Below, piece by piece: positions 19,931 through 29,782 of a stretch of 64,000 nucleotides of DNA. The notes below the pieces were generated by a model. The model made no database searches, was not told the origin of the DNA, and worked only from the letters and a program-made list of their open reading frames with translations. The position numbers and the translations under genes were made by a program. Where the stretch lies: positions 29,805 to 93,804 of the IMG/VR virus record IMGVR_UViG_3300001390_000008, one strand, 5' to 3'. The stretch comes from a virus. The first letter of the stretch is position 1. Each line of letters begins with the position of its first letter.

Positions 19931-20467
19931 ACCTTTCTGCTCAACAGTAACAATAGTATCGTTATGCCATCCGCCATGCGGTACTAGCAGTATTTCAAGT
20001 TGCTTAAAACCCGCTGTTTTTCCTATCCCACCGCTATTCCATCCGCATGTAATCGCCTTCCCTTTTGGCCTTACAATTCTGCTGATTTCTTTTTTCATAC
20101 TGCCCCAAAAGCTTGCTTGTGTTGTTTGCATATTCACACTCATATTAAGCGACTTATAACATTCACTTACTTGTCTTGGCGAATATGGCGGGTCAAAAAG
20201 AACAGTATCAATACTTTCATCTTCAAACATTTTTAAAAAATCAAGCGCATCTAAATGGTGACATGTATCAAATTCAGTATTCAGGTCATTAGTCACGGTT
20301 GCTAGTTTATTACTATTTGCAAACGGATCAATGCTCTTGCCTGATAAATGCCTTTCTATTAACTCTCCTATAGGTTTTATACTAAATGTGTTTTTATTAG
20401 GCATAGCCCAAACACGGCTTATAACAAGTCGCTCAACCGGACTCGTCTCTTCATTCGCTTCACTCAT
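19925..20467 (-). CDS. putative adenine-specific DNA methyltransferase
   Basis: SIDPFAN, LDALDFL, VLFDPPYS motifs. Confidence 0.75.
   Translation of the reverse strand: MSEANEETSPVERLVISRVWAMPNKNTFSIKPIGELIERHLSGKSIDPFANSNKLATVTNDLNTEFDTCHHLDALDFLKMFEDESIDTVLFDPPYSPRQVSECYKSLNMSVNMQTTQASFWGSMKKEISRIVRPKGKAITCGWNSGGIGKTAGFKQLEILLVPHGGWHNDTIVTVEQKGL
20419..20467 (+). mobile_element. attC-like left half
   Basis: TTATAAC-AAGTC-GCTCAA-CCGGAC...TTCGCTTCACTCA. Confidence 0.65.
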
Positions 20468-20889
20468 TTCACCATGCTCCTTGCTCTCCTGAGTAGTTTA
20501 TCTACGCCCCCAAAAGAAGTGGGGTGCACGAATCTTGGGTTTTCTATTACGGCAATCATCTCACCTATCAGCTTGCCTCGGGCGGCTATTTCTTCCTCGT
20601 GCTCTGCCCTTGCCTCCTCAAACAGTCGATTACCATCAAAGGTTGCCGCTTTGTAGCCTTTTGACCAATCCTCTTCAATCTGCTTCATGTGTTCTTGCAA
20701 CCTTGTAGCTGACTCTTCTGGTTTGTTCAGAGTCTCTACCCCTTTTTGCAGGGCCATATACAAAAAACTATTTATAGACATGTTCCTATGCTCTGCCTCC
20801 CTTTTTATCTCACCATATTCTACTCTGGGCATCCTGATGGCCGCTGTAGAGAGTGCCCGTTTACTTGTTAGAGGTGCTTGTTTAGTCAT
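20464..20889 (-). CDS. Arc-like ribbon-helix-helix DNA-binding protein
   Basis: AIRMPRVEYGEIKREAEHRNMSINSFLYMAL matches the Arc/Mnt pattern. Confidence 0.65.
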   Translation of the reverse strand: MTKQAPLTSKRALSTAAIRMPRVEYGEIKREAEHRNMSINSFLYMALQKGVETLNKPEESATRLQEHMKQIEEDWSKGYKAATFDGNRLFEEARAEHEEEIAARGKLIGEMIAVIENPRFVHPTSFGGVDKLLRRARSMVK

Positions 20890-20908
20890 ATCAATTTCCA
20901 GTGTTGTG

Positions 20909-22948
20909 TTAACCAGAATCGCTCAGGTACATGATAACCCTATTATGGTTAAGTCCGAATTTATCAACTATAGCGAAAAAAGCCTCGTCGTTATAAGCTA
21001 TAGATTCACCTCGATGCAATCTTCCCTGGTTTTCTGCTTTCATCCCCTCAATCTCTGCCAGAGCACAAACTGCCTGAGAATTAATAAATGCTATCAGCTG
21101 CTCTTTGTCCATATCAATCACCTGCTACCTGTTCGTAATCTTTACATTTCTTCGCGGCAATAATATGCTCCCTATATTCCTCTAGTGACCCATAATTATC
21201 CATTTCCCAATAATTTTTATTGCATGATATTGTCGCACCATACCCAGGGGTAGCTTCAGAATACCCTGGGCAACCCATGTCAAAATAGAAATGTTTGCAA
21301 AACACACATAAAACATCTTCACTCATATCAATCTCCTAATTTATTAGCTAATTCCCTGAAATGTATACCGTCCAACCTCATGTCCTCGGCTAACTTATCA
21401 AGATAATGCTCAAGCTTCCGTGTGCTTATCGTTTTCTGGGTTTCGCAAATGCCATATAAAACATTAAGCCTGGTGCCTGACACTAAAGAAGCCGCCTTCA
21501 CTACGGCGTTTCGTTTCACATATGTCATATCAATCTCCTGAACTATCTGTTTGCTGACTACGCAGCTGCAAATACTCGATCAATCCTAATGCCTCCTTAG
21601 CAACATCATTAATTTGTATAGTGCAATAGCCATCTCTGCCCAGTTCGTCCTCACCATAAATTTCATAATCATTAGATTCAATCTGGTATGGTTCTGCTGC
21701 CCCCAGCTCGGCTAGCATCCATTTAATAGATGCAATGTCATCTTCAGTCATATCAGCCTCCTGTCTCTAGAAACCTCTGAATTATTTCAAAATCTTCAAA
21801 TGGCATTTTGTTGCCTACTGCCTCCAGCTTTGCATAAGCCGCATCTTCCCACGTTTGGTTTCGCAGAATAGACAATTCAAAGGCTAACCGCCTCACGATA
21901 TCCCTGCCCGGCTCCAACATGTTTTCATCACTCATTAGCCGCGCTATTTCTATCTCAGTTACTTTTGTTTGCAGTTGTTTACTATCCATATCAATCTCCG
22001 AATAGCTCTATTAATTCTCTTGCCCTTGTACTTGCACAATTACAAGTAAATGGGTGCTTACATATTTTTGGCCCCCCGCAATTACTGTTATATAGGTCTT
22101 CGAGGGCGGAATACAGTTTGGCAATATCACGGCTATATTGCTTCGTCATGATTAAGTATTTTTCTTTGTAGTCGATTTCATATTCTGGCATATTAGTCCC
22201 CAAATTTACCCTATATTGCTATATGTGGGTACCTCTTCATCTACTGCTGTCTGTGGTCTTGGCCCATTCTTTTTTTTCCACCATAAGCTATATTCTTCCA
22301 GCCATTCAAGTGTGTATGGGTTAAAATAACTATCATATTTTTTTGAATAGATCTTATCCACCTGCCTACGATACCCGCACCAGGGGCAATATTTAAAAAT
22401 AGGGGCAGTGTACTTAGGTGCGGATTCGCGGCCACAACAATATATCGTCATATCCTCTATTTCATGTATGCCTATGCGCCAATCAGGGCAATCACAAGTT
22501 TTCAAATGTATTCTATTTTCCATTACTTACCACCTGTATGTAATTTATGTTTAGGTCTATTGCGTAATTGCCATTTAGTTTTTTTAGGTCTGGCATACTC
22601 TATAATAGTGCGAGGGGGCAGGCCCCAAGCTATCTGTATTCCGTGCAGTAGGCATATAGGTATATGGTGCCCCGTATTATTTTTAATTGATCTGGAGAGC
22701 AAATACGCCCGCCACTCTATACTGTATGGTTCAATCATATTGTGATTACTCTACTCTACCGCCTCGTGTTGATTAAGCTCATCACATTCAATGCAAACAA
22801 AACTACAGTTTTCTTTTTTACACCCGACACCCCCAAAGCTAATGGAGAAAGGTTGTGTTGAATTATTTGCAATCGGATAGATCTGCGCGTTAGGGTTATA
22901 ATCAAGTAATTCTTTTATCAAATCTCGTACAGTCATATTAATCTCCAA
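20909..22948 (-). other. array of ~9 small, translationally coupled hypothetical CDSs
   Basis: ORFs 20909, 21114, 21328, 21530, 21753, 21991, 22206, 22523, 22751; several joined by GGAGATTGATATG-like junctions. Confidence 0.65.
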
Positions 22949-22955
22949 AATTGTA

Positions 22956-23032
22956 TGGTGGACTAGCAGGGACTCGAACCCCGATAGTATGGATTATGAG
23001 CCCACTGCATTTTCCAATTATGCTACCAGTCC
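22956..23032 (-). tRNA. tRNA with CAT anticodon (Ile2 or Met), CCA encoded
   Basis: GGACTGG/CTAGTCC acceptor, GCAT/ATGC D-stem, GTGGG-CTCATAA-TCCAT, CGGGG-TTCGAGT-CCCTG, A-CCA. Confidence 0.92.
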
Positions 23033-23230
23033 ACTGCATTTTTATGTAACTCGCCTGTTCTTTTTTAAATACTTTTGGGGTGTCTTCTATTACTTTCCTA
23101 GAATATGAAATTGCTTGCAAAATGTTATTTGTCGCACTGCCGCCCCCAATACTTTGTCGTTGCCGTGCTGCCCCTTTAAATTCCCCTTAACTAAATAGAA
23201 TGCCTAGTTTACACTATGAATTACATATAG

Positions 23231-26158
23231 TCAATGTCTATCCGTATCACTTCGCTCACCTGCATCACTTCTGCCGTCGTCATGCATATCACTATCTGTC
23301 CCCCCATTTGGCATAACCCACGAAGAGGCCCTACTAAGTAATAAATTATATGCACCACATAAAGAATCGGCTGCATCCTTTGCCCCGATTATACTATGAT
23401 CAACTTTTCCTTCTTTACCTTTATTTTCATCAAATTCTAAAGACAATAATTCTTCCAGTAGTACGGGCTGATTATATAGCAGTATGCGCCCATCATAAAA
23501 GGCATCACGTAATTGGCGGTAAGGGGTGGGGGATCTGTCTACGGATATAAGGCCGGTCTTCATCCCCTGTCTCTTCCATGCTTGCCTGGATTCAACACTA
23601 TTATACCCATCATAACTGACCGCCTTAATAGGATACCCATATGTGCTATATAGTAGCTTTATCCATGAACGTATATTTGCCACATCTACTTCATTACCGT
23701 GGTCTGGCTGAACGGTCATACACATTTCCATGGATACAAGGGGCAGTGCCTCCTGCTCCCCGTCCACCCTCTCTACCCATTGTAGGCCGTCAAACCTAAC
23801 CATACATATCCCTGTTCTATCTTGTGTAGAGCTTAAATCAATATGTACATATCTGGGTTTACCTGGATTACTACAAAAATGCCCCTTAATAGGTAGAGGT
23901 AGGCCTTGGTGCCTTAGTATTATGTTATCTTCCGGTAAGAAGGACTTTAAGCCCGCTTCTTCGCCTTTTGCCACACATTGCATAACCTTCTGGGGCTGCC
24001 TTATAAAAGGCGATATAGCGTTCGTAGAGAGGCCGGATATATCCCGTAGTGCTTTGGTGGGGTTTTTAACGAATTGCTCTCTGTACTCCACGGGCACCTG
24101 TATAACGCGGCCCCCAATAGCCTTCTCATTATCCCCCATAACACGCACAGACATAGCTGCATCACTACCAATAAACAAGTTAAACTTATCCCCACAAAAC
24201 CTGTTCTGCGGAACTACTTCATATTGAGCATACCCGAACACAAAAGTAGTGCTTATGTGCTCCCTGCGTACAATCTCTTCTAAGCGATCGGTGTAGTCCC
24301 CCTTGTACCTTGTAGAAGATGAGCAGATAATCATCCCCACCTGTGGGCCTGGCAGGGTAAACCGGCTTTTACGACGTGTGCTAAGGGCATCATGTATAGC
24401 TTCTGCCTGATCATACTTAGATGATCTGCCCATACTGACGCGTACCTTCTTTGATCTCTCAATAACACTCATGAAATTTACTTCATCTATTAGAGCAAAA
24501 ATCATAGCTTCGCCTAATGCCGCATCATCATCTGCCCCGCCTGGAACCACACGAATGTTTTGTTCTACAAAATACATTTCAGAATCTAATAGTTTATCGG
24601 GCCTCATGTTCTTGCGAAACCACGGCATAGTCTCTATATACTTTCGTAGGGGGGCATAAACTACTTTCTTGGTAACGTGTGGTTTTGCCGCTTGAATAAT
24701 AAATAGAATAGAAGTAGCAGAGGGTAGGCCCCAATAGGTCTGGGGGGTTTTCATGCACCCTAATATATGCAAATGATAGGCTATTGTAATTTTAGCTAAT
24801 TCCGTGTTGTGTGTGACAGTAAAATCGCCCAGCAAATATCTATGATCCCCCCCAATTACAACCCCATAATAATTACCCTTTCCTATAGGCTCTACCTTAA
24901 ACCCTGTTACAAGTACATCTTTTTTCTGCCCCCTTACCGGTGCCTTTTTATTAATTGATAATGTAGGTATTAGATGACAATCGCCACTTATAAATACACG
25001 ATAATAGATGCCAGTAAATCCTGTTGATTTTATACCTTTAATTACCTCTTTCTTATATGCAGCGAACCCTAATGATCTGCATAAATAAACAGCCTGATCT
25101 GCAAAGCATTCATCCTTAGCTATAAAATCAAACCCACCACATGATAGGCGGCCACCCCCGTCTAATATCCCGGCTAATAATTGTAATCTATTTTTCCTGC
25201 TGTTTATTAAATACTCTTTTGGTATCCTTCTTCTATGTAGATAATCCGTTAATGACTCTCTTATATCGGCAAATCCCAAAAGGCTAATATCCCATGCACC
25301 TCTGTCGTAGTTTACCTGTCCTATCTGTACATGCTTCTTTACCCGCTCTAGGCAAAGTAATTTATTACCCCCCAAAGACAGAGCACTACGGTATTTACAA
25401 CCATCCGCTAAATACAGACCTATGGTGTAAGGGTCAAATACTTTAATCTCCAGGAACTCTACGCCTACACGATATTGTTTATGCAAGTGTTTAAATGTCT
25501 TTGATTTATTCAAATATTCTTTTACTGTAATATTTACTATATCCCCTGCATACCTGTCCCCACTTCTTATTTTAGTACGTTTAAGGCTCAGTATATGATC
25601 TGCATTACATGTCCATGATTCCCCTTTAACAGGGGTAATACGGTACATATCGCCATAACTTTCATTAGCTTGTAATACTGGTTGCGGGTTTGACTCCGGC
25701 CCCATTAAAACATCGCCCTTGTTTATATTCTGGGATAGCTTTATACCCCCATCATATAATAGTACAGGGACGTCCACCCCTAAGCACTTTCCGGTACCTG
25801 TTGCGCGAGAGAATATAGCCTGGTCATAATGTTTATCCGCGCCTTTCCACCAATGGCTATTAAGCTCAATAACCGCCTCTCTTACTTTAGGCCATAGTTT
25901 TAGATCTGTGGAGCCCATAAACTGATCAGAATCTATAAATTCTTCTATGGATACGGGGGGCTGTTTTAAGTGTTCTATGAAATTTAAAAAGTTATGGTTA
26001 TTATGCATTGCTGCTTGCTTTATTGCATGAACATAAAATTCAGCAAACATTTTATTATTTAATGTACTAACAGAGGCCTCGGCAGCATCTATCATTAACT
26101 GCGCTTTTCTTGTCAGATTACCGCTCTGGGTAGCCAACTTTCTTTTACGTCTAGTCAC
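23231..26158 (-). CDS. terL: terminase large subunit, intein-containing
   Basis: Walker A ATGTGK|T split by an intein, Walker B ALIDE, C-terminal nuclease YVHIDLS...KVDH...KDAADS. Confidence 0.88.
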   Translation of the reverse strand: MTRRKRKLATQSGNLTRKAQLMIDAAEASVSTLNNKMFAEFYVHAIKQAAMHNNHNFLNFIEHLKQPPVSIEEFIDSDQFMGSTDLKLWPKVREAVIELNSHWWKGADKHYDQAIFSRATGTGKCLGVDVPVLLYDGGIKLSQNINKGDVLMGPESNPQPVLQANESYGDMYRITPVKGESWTCNADHILSLKRTKIRSGDRYAGDIVNITVKEYLNKSKTFKHLHKQYRVGVEFLEIKVFDPYTIGLYLADGCKYRSALSLGGNKLLCLERVKKHVQIGQVNYDRGAWDISLLGFADIRESLTDYLHRRRIPKEYLINSRKNRLQLLAGILDGGGRLSCGGFDFIAKDECFADQAVYLCRSLGFAAYKKEVIKGIKSTGFTGIYYRVFISGDCHLIPTLSINKKAPVRGQKKDVLVTGFKVEPIGKGNYYGVVIGGDHRYLLGDFTVTHNTELAKITIAYHLHILGCMKTPQTYWGLPSATSILFIIQAAKPHVTKKVVYAPLRKYIETMPWFRKNMRPDKLLDSEMYFVEQNIRVVPGGADDDAALGEAMIFALIDEVNFMSVIERSKKVRVSMGRSSKYDQAEAIHDALSTRRKSRFTLPGPQVGMIICSSSTRYKGDYTDRLEEIVRREHISTTFVFGYAQYEVVPQNRFCGDKFNLFIGSDAAMSVRVMGDNEKAIGGRVIQVPVEYREQFVKNPTKALRDISGLSTNAISPFIRQPQKVMQCVAKGEEAGLKSFLPEDNIILRHQGLPLPIKGHFCSNPGKPRYVHIDLSSTQDRTGICMVRFDGLQWVERVDGEQEALPLVSMEMCMTVQPDHGNEVDVANIRSWIKLLYSTYGYPIKAVSYDGYNSVESRQAWKRQGMKTGLISVDRSPTPYRQLRDAFYDGRILLYNQPVLLEELLSLEFDENKGKEGKVDHSIIGAKDAADSLCGAYNLLLSRASSWVMPNGGTDSDMHDDGRSDAGERSDTDRH
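24806..25786 (-). mobile_element. intein (327 aa) with LAGLIDADG-type endonuclease
   Basis: CLG... start, CNADHIL block B, GLYLADG and LAGILDGGG, ...VTHN end, +1 Thr. Confidence 0.92.
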
Positions 26159-26205
26159 AGTAAATTATCTAAATTGTGGGCGGCTTTTTCTAAAACATGT
26201 ACTTT

Positions 26206-26919
26206 TCATATTATCTGTATTTCTTGTTCCTCTTCCCCAAGAAAATCTTCATTAGTAATCGACTCTATATCTTTTGCTGTCATGGAGTCTGTACCCTCAT
26301 TAAGGATAGCTTTAGTAATGGCTACCATTTTTTCTATATCGCTTTGCCCTTCATTCTCCACCGACTGATACCGAAGAACATCAAGAACCCCCGCACTATT
26401 AAGAAACCGAAACTGATCATTCTTCGATGCTAGTGCAGTGCGCAAGGCTGCTAGCCGCATATTCATAGGGGCTTTTTTCATTGTAGCCATCCTCAAACTC
26501 ATGGCCTGTAGCTCCTGATAGAACCCTAATGTATCGCCTATAAGGTGGTTAATATCTAGATTTTTAGCCTCATCCTGTAGACGCCTACGCAATTCTTTTC
26601 TGTCTCGCATAATCGTATGTATAGAGACATCCATCTCCTCTGCTATAGTGTCCAGAGACACGCCCCTCATTAACATACGATGAACCATCTTTAGTCTATA
26701 CTCTTTAGCATAAGACTTAGATCCAACTGCTATACCTGCTATTCTATCTTTTATATCAAGTACATCTTCCTGAGAGGGATCTGGGGTATTAGTTTTGTCT
26801 CGCACACTGGTATTGAGGTCTGCATCTATTAGTCGTAGCCCTTCTGCTTTACTTGCTGACGAACTACTCCCTAGCTTTACTCGCCTCTGTCTACGCTTTC
26901 CTTTCGGGGCTTCTTGCAT
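26206..26919 (-). CDS. putative terminase small subunit (HTH)
   Basis: HTH RGVSLDTIAEEMDVSIHTIMRD; immediately upstream of terL. Confidence 0.65.
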   Translation of the reverse strand: MQEAPKGKRRQRRVKLGSSSSASKAEGLRLIDADLNTSVRDKTNTPDPSQEDVLDIKDRIAGIAVGSKSYAKEYRLKMVHRMLMRGVSLDTIAEEMDVSIHTIMRDRKELRRRLQDEAKNLDINHLIGDTLGFYQELQAMSLRMATMKKAPMNMRLAALRTALASKNDQFRFLNSAGVLDVLRYQSVENEGQSDIEKMVAITKAILNEGTDSMTAKDIESITNEDFLGEEEQEIQII

Positions 26920-27078
26920 CAAATACTCCCTATAACGCTGGATACCCCTTTTATAGCACAAAAAAACAAAGGCTACATTAATAAAGCAATAAGAAGAAAG
27001 CTATATCCCACACAGCTAAAGGCCCCGCCCCTTATATAAATTAGAGGCAGAGCCCTTTTTACTACTATTTTTTTACTT

Positions 27079-28449
27079 TTACTTCTTTTTACTTCCTTTA
27101 CCTTTACCTTTTGTTTGCTTCTTAACATTAAGATTCTGTGCTGCCCACTCAGCCATAATGTGCTCGAATGCTTCATTTTCATTTGTAAGGCCGAGCATTT
27201 CCATGCCTGCTTCCAAATACCCTTTAGTAATATCTGCGGCATCTTCCTCCAGACGAAACTTGAAAGTAATACGCTTAACCAGCTTGCCCGCTTTACGGCC
27301 AACTTCAACATAGCTTTCTTTAATAGTTTCCTTTAAGTCCACCACCGTATTTTCTTTAGCAAGCAATATCAACTCTTCGGCATTATCCATATCCATGACC
27401 TGTGCAATGTCGATAGCCTTAGTCCAACCAACAGCACCAAGCTCTTCGGGGGATAAGCCGAATTTATTCCACTTAGCGTAAATTTTTATCAAATGCATAG
27501 CTTTACGGTAGTGTACCCCCAGCTCTTTTTCTGTATAAAGAGCGAACCCTTTATTGCCCGCATACTCATCATTCAATTCTTTGTATGCTTTGCTTATGTA
27601 TACATGATACAAAATACCGCCTAGCTTATAATCGGAGTTAGAGGCCTCTTCCGCTATCTCTTCAGCCAGTTCACATAAATCATCAGCAGCATTGATCAGA
27701 GCAAGTATTTCTTCATCCTCTTCATCTTCTTTAAGTATGAGAATGCCCTTGCTATCTACCTCACTAGAAGACTCATTACTATCCTTCTTCTTTTTCTTAC
27801 CCTCTTTCTTACCCTTCTTCCCTGACTTAGCTGTTTTCTTTTTTTCGTCTTTTTTACTATCCTTTTTCTTCTTACCCTTAGCTTTACTTTCAGTAATAGG
27901 CTCTTCGGCTTCCTCAGCTTCCTCAGCTTCTTCGGCCTCTTCCTCGCCTGCTTCTTTAGGTATATAAGAAATACGCTGAATTTCCTTATGCTTTAAGCGC
28001 AAATACCCTTCCTCATTACCGTCATCAATATCTACACTGGCTTTTAGTAGCTTAACTACTTCACCAATTATCTCTTCGCCATTACCATCCACAAAAGTAT
28101 AAGTATTACCGACTTCAAGACTATCCACTGTAGTTTCTGGTGGGGTTTCCTCTGGCTTGGTGGGCGTACCCTCTACCTCCCCAGAAATTTCATCCGCGTA
28201 GACTTCAACATTAATAAATTCCTTGTTGTTTTTTGTCTTACGCTTTTCTGGGTCATAATCAGGGTTCGGTACCGGCAGGCCGTAGCAGGGCTCATCATCA
28301 TCCTCCCCTGCGTCCACTACAGCTATTGTGTATACCGTGCCTTCTTCCAGCAATTCAGCATTATCTGGTTCATCCCCTTTGTCCCCCGTAAATCCTACAA
28401 ATACTACTTCTTGGCCTTCAACAAATTCATTACTCTTAGTTTTACCCAT
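27079..28449 (-). CDS. acidic/lysine-rich multidomain hypothetical protein
   Basis: 456 aa; EAE repeats, K-rich linker, helical C-terminal domain; GGAGG RBS, hairpin downstream. Confidence 0.8.
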   Translation of the reverse strand: MGKTKSNEFVEGQEVVFVGFTGDKGDEPDNAELLEEGTVYTIAVVDAGEDDDEPCYGLPVPNPDYDPEKRKTKNNKEFINVEVYADEISGEVEGTPTKPEETPPETTVDSLEVGNTYTFVDGNGEEIIGEVVKLLKASVDIDDGNEEGYLRLKHKEIQRISYIPKEAGEEEAEEAEEAEEAEEPITESKAKGKKKKDSKKDEKKKTAKSGKKGKKEGKKKKKDSNESSSEVDSKGILILKEDEEDEEILALINAADDLCELAEEIAEEASNSDYKLGGILYHVYISKAYKELNDEYAGNKGFALYTEKELGVHYRKAMHLIKIYAKWNKFGLSPEELGAVGWTKAIDIAQVMDMDNAEELILLAKENTVVDLKETIKESYVEVGRKAGKLVKRITFKFRLEEDAADITKGYLEAGMEMLGLTNENEAFEHIMAEWAAQNLNVKKQTKGKGKGSKKK

Positions 28450-28545
28450 TTTACTGCCTCCTGTTCACCATTCACCGAATAGGTAAGTGTAGCTGCCCTT
28501 AATTATCCGATATTATTACATAACTATGAATTCTATGCAACTAGA

Positions 28546-29094
28546 TTATTTGCATAATTGCATAGAACATCCGTTTAGCGCATCAATTCTGTACTTTTTC
28601 CTAGCTTTTCTACAATCTATATAAGCTATGCCCATTTGCATTAGAGCAAAAGCATCCGCTTCATCATTGTGCGGGATATTGTACCCCCATACATCCATGA
28701 TTGATTTAATAACATCATCTTTAGTTGAATTCCCCTTTCCTGTAGCAAATTTTTTAAGACTGTGCGGCGGGACTAATAATACATCAACCCCTCTCCTATA
28801 TGCAATCAATTTCAATAATCCAAGCTCACCTATATCAAAAAATCGGCCAACACCGCCCCCCCTTTTCTTAGGTATACCCATAGCATACCCCTCATAAACA
28901 ACTAAGGGCGGGGCCTTATAGTAGATGACCATAGTATTTAATATAGACTCAAAAGACTCCGCCACAAAATCCAGTCTGGGTGCCCCCCTGGTCTTTGGTC
29001 TTATCCTGCCTGTATGCACCTCACCGGTACTGTCAGTATACGCAAAACCAGAGCTGGTCAATGAGGGGTCAAACCCAACTACATTACTATTCAT
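28546..29094 (-). CDS. ruvC: RuvC-like Holliday junction resolvase
   Basis: VGFDPSLTSSG, VYEGY, LKKFATGKGNSTK, NEADA. Confidence 0.88.
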   Translation of the reverse strand: MNSNVVGFDPSLTSSGFAYTDSTGEVHTGRIRPKTRGAPRLDFVAESFESILNTMVIYYKAPPLVVYEGYAMGIPKKRGGGVGRFFDIGELGLLKLIAYRRGVDVLLVPPHSLKKFATGKGNSTKDDVIKSIMDVWGYNIPHNDEADAFALMQMGIAYIDCRKARKKYRIDALNGCSMQLCK

Positions 29095-29782
29095 ATATTA
29101 CCCATTACACTTATTATTTATTACATGTCATAAATAATAGAGGCCTCACGACTAGCGCACATTTTAAGTTTATTTAATATCTTCAACTCTCTTGAGTGGT
29201 ATTTAATATCAATATCTATTTTACTAACTTCTTCAGCCAACTTAACTAATCTGTTAAGCAGCTTAGTTTTATGATAAATCAATACATTAATTTCATTAAA
29301 TTTAATTTTGCGTTCAATACTACCCATGTTTGCCAGCTCTTCAATAAAGACTTTTTCATTAAACATTACTACCCCCTTATTATTTCCGTTTTACCCTAAC
29401 CGCATTCACTGATATTCAGTCTTGGTGGGTCTCGGTATTGCTATGATAGTAAGACCCCTCTCGCGGAGAAGACTATATAGATCCACTGCACTACTACTAT
29501 ACTTACCATTCTGCTTTTCTATCCAGTCTACCTGATCCTGGTATAAATAGATGGCAGTAGGTCTAGGGACAACTTTCAAATATTTGTAAATCAGGCCAAA
29601 AATATCACCCATTTTTGGGGGCGGATCACGAAAAGGGTATTTATGGTATGTTACCCTGGTCTTTCCTATTGTCAGCATATTGTAATGATAATAACACATA
29701 GTTTACTCCCTCTATTGATGTAAATAATACTATAGATATCAACTACACAAAGCCTAACTTTTTACTTAAGTACGACATTCTC

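Noticed and set aside
1-23000. Stop-codon reassignment explaining the many short ORFs
   Set aside because: Long genes are intact in the standard code, and short ORFs have their own RBSs and use all three stop codons.
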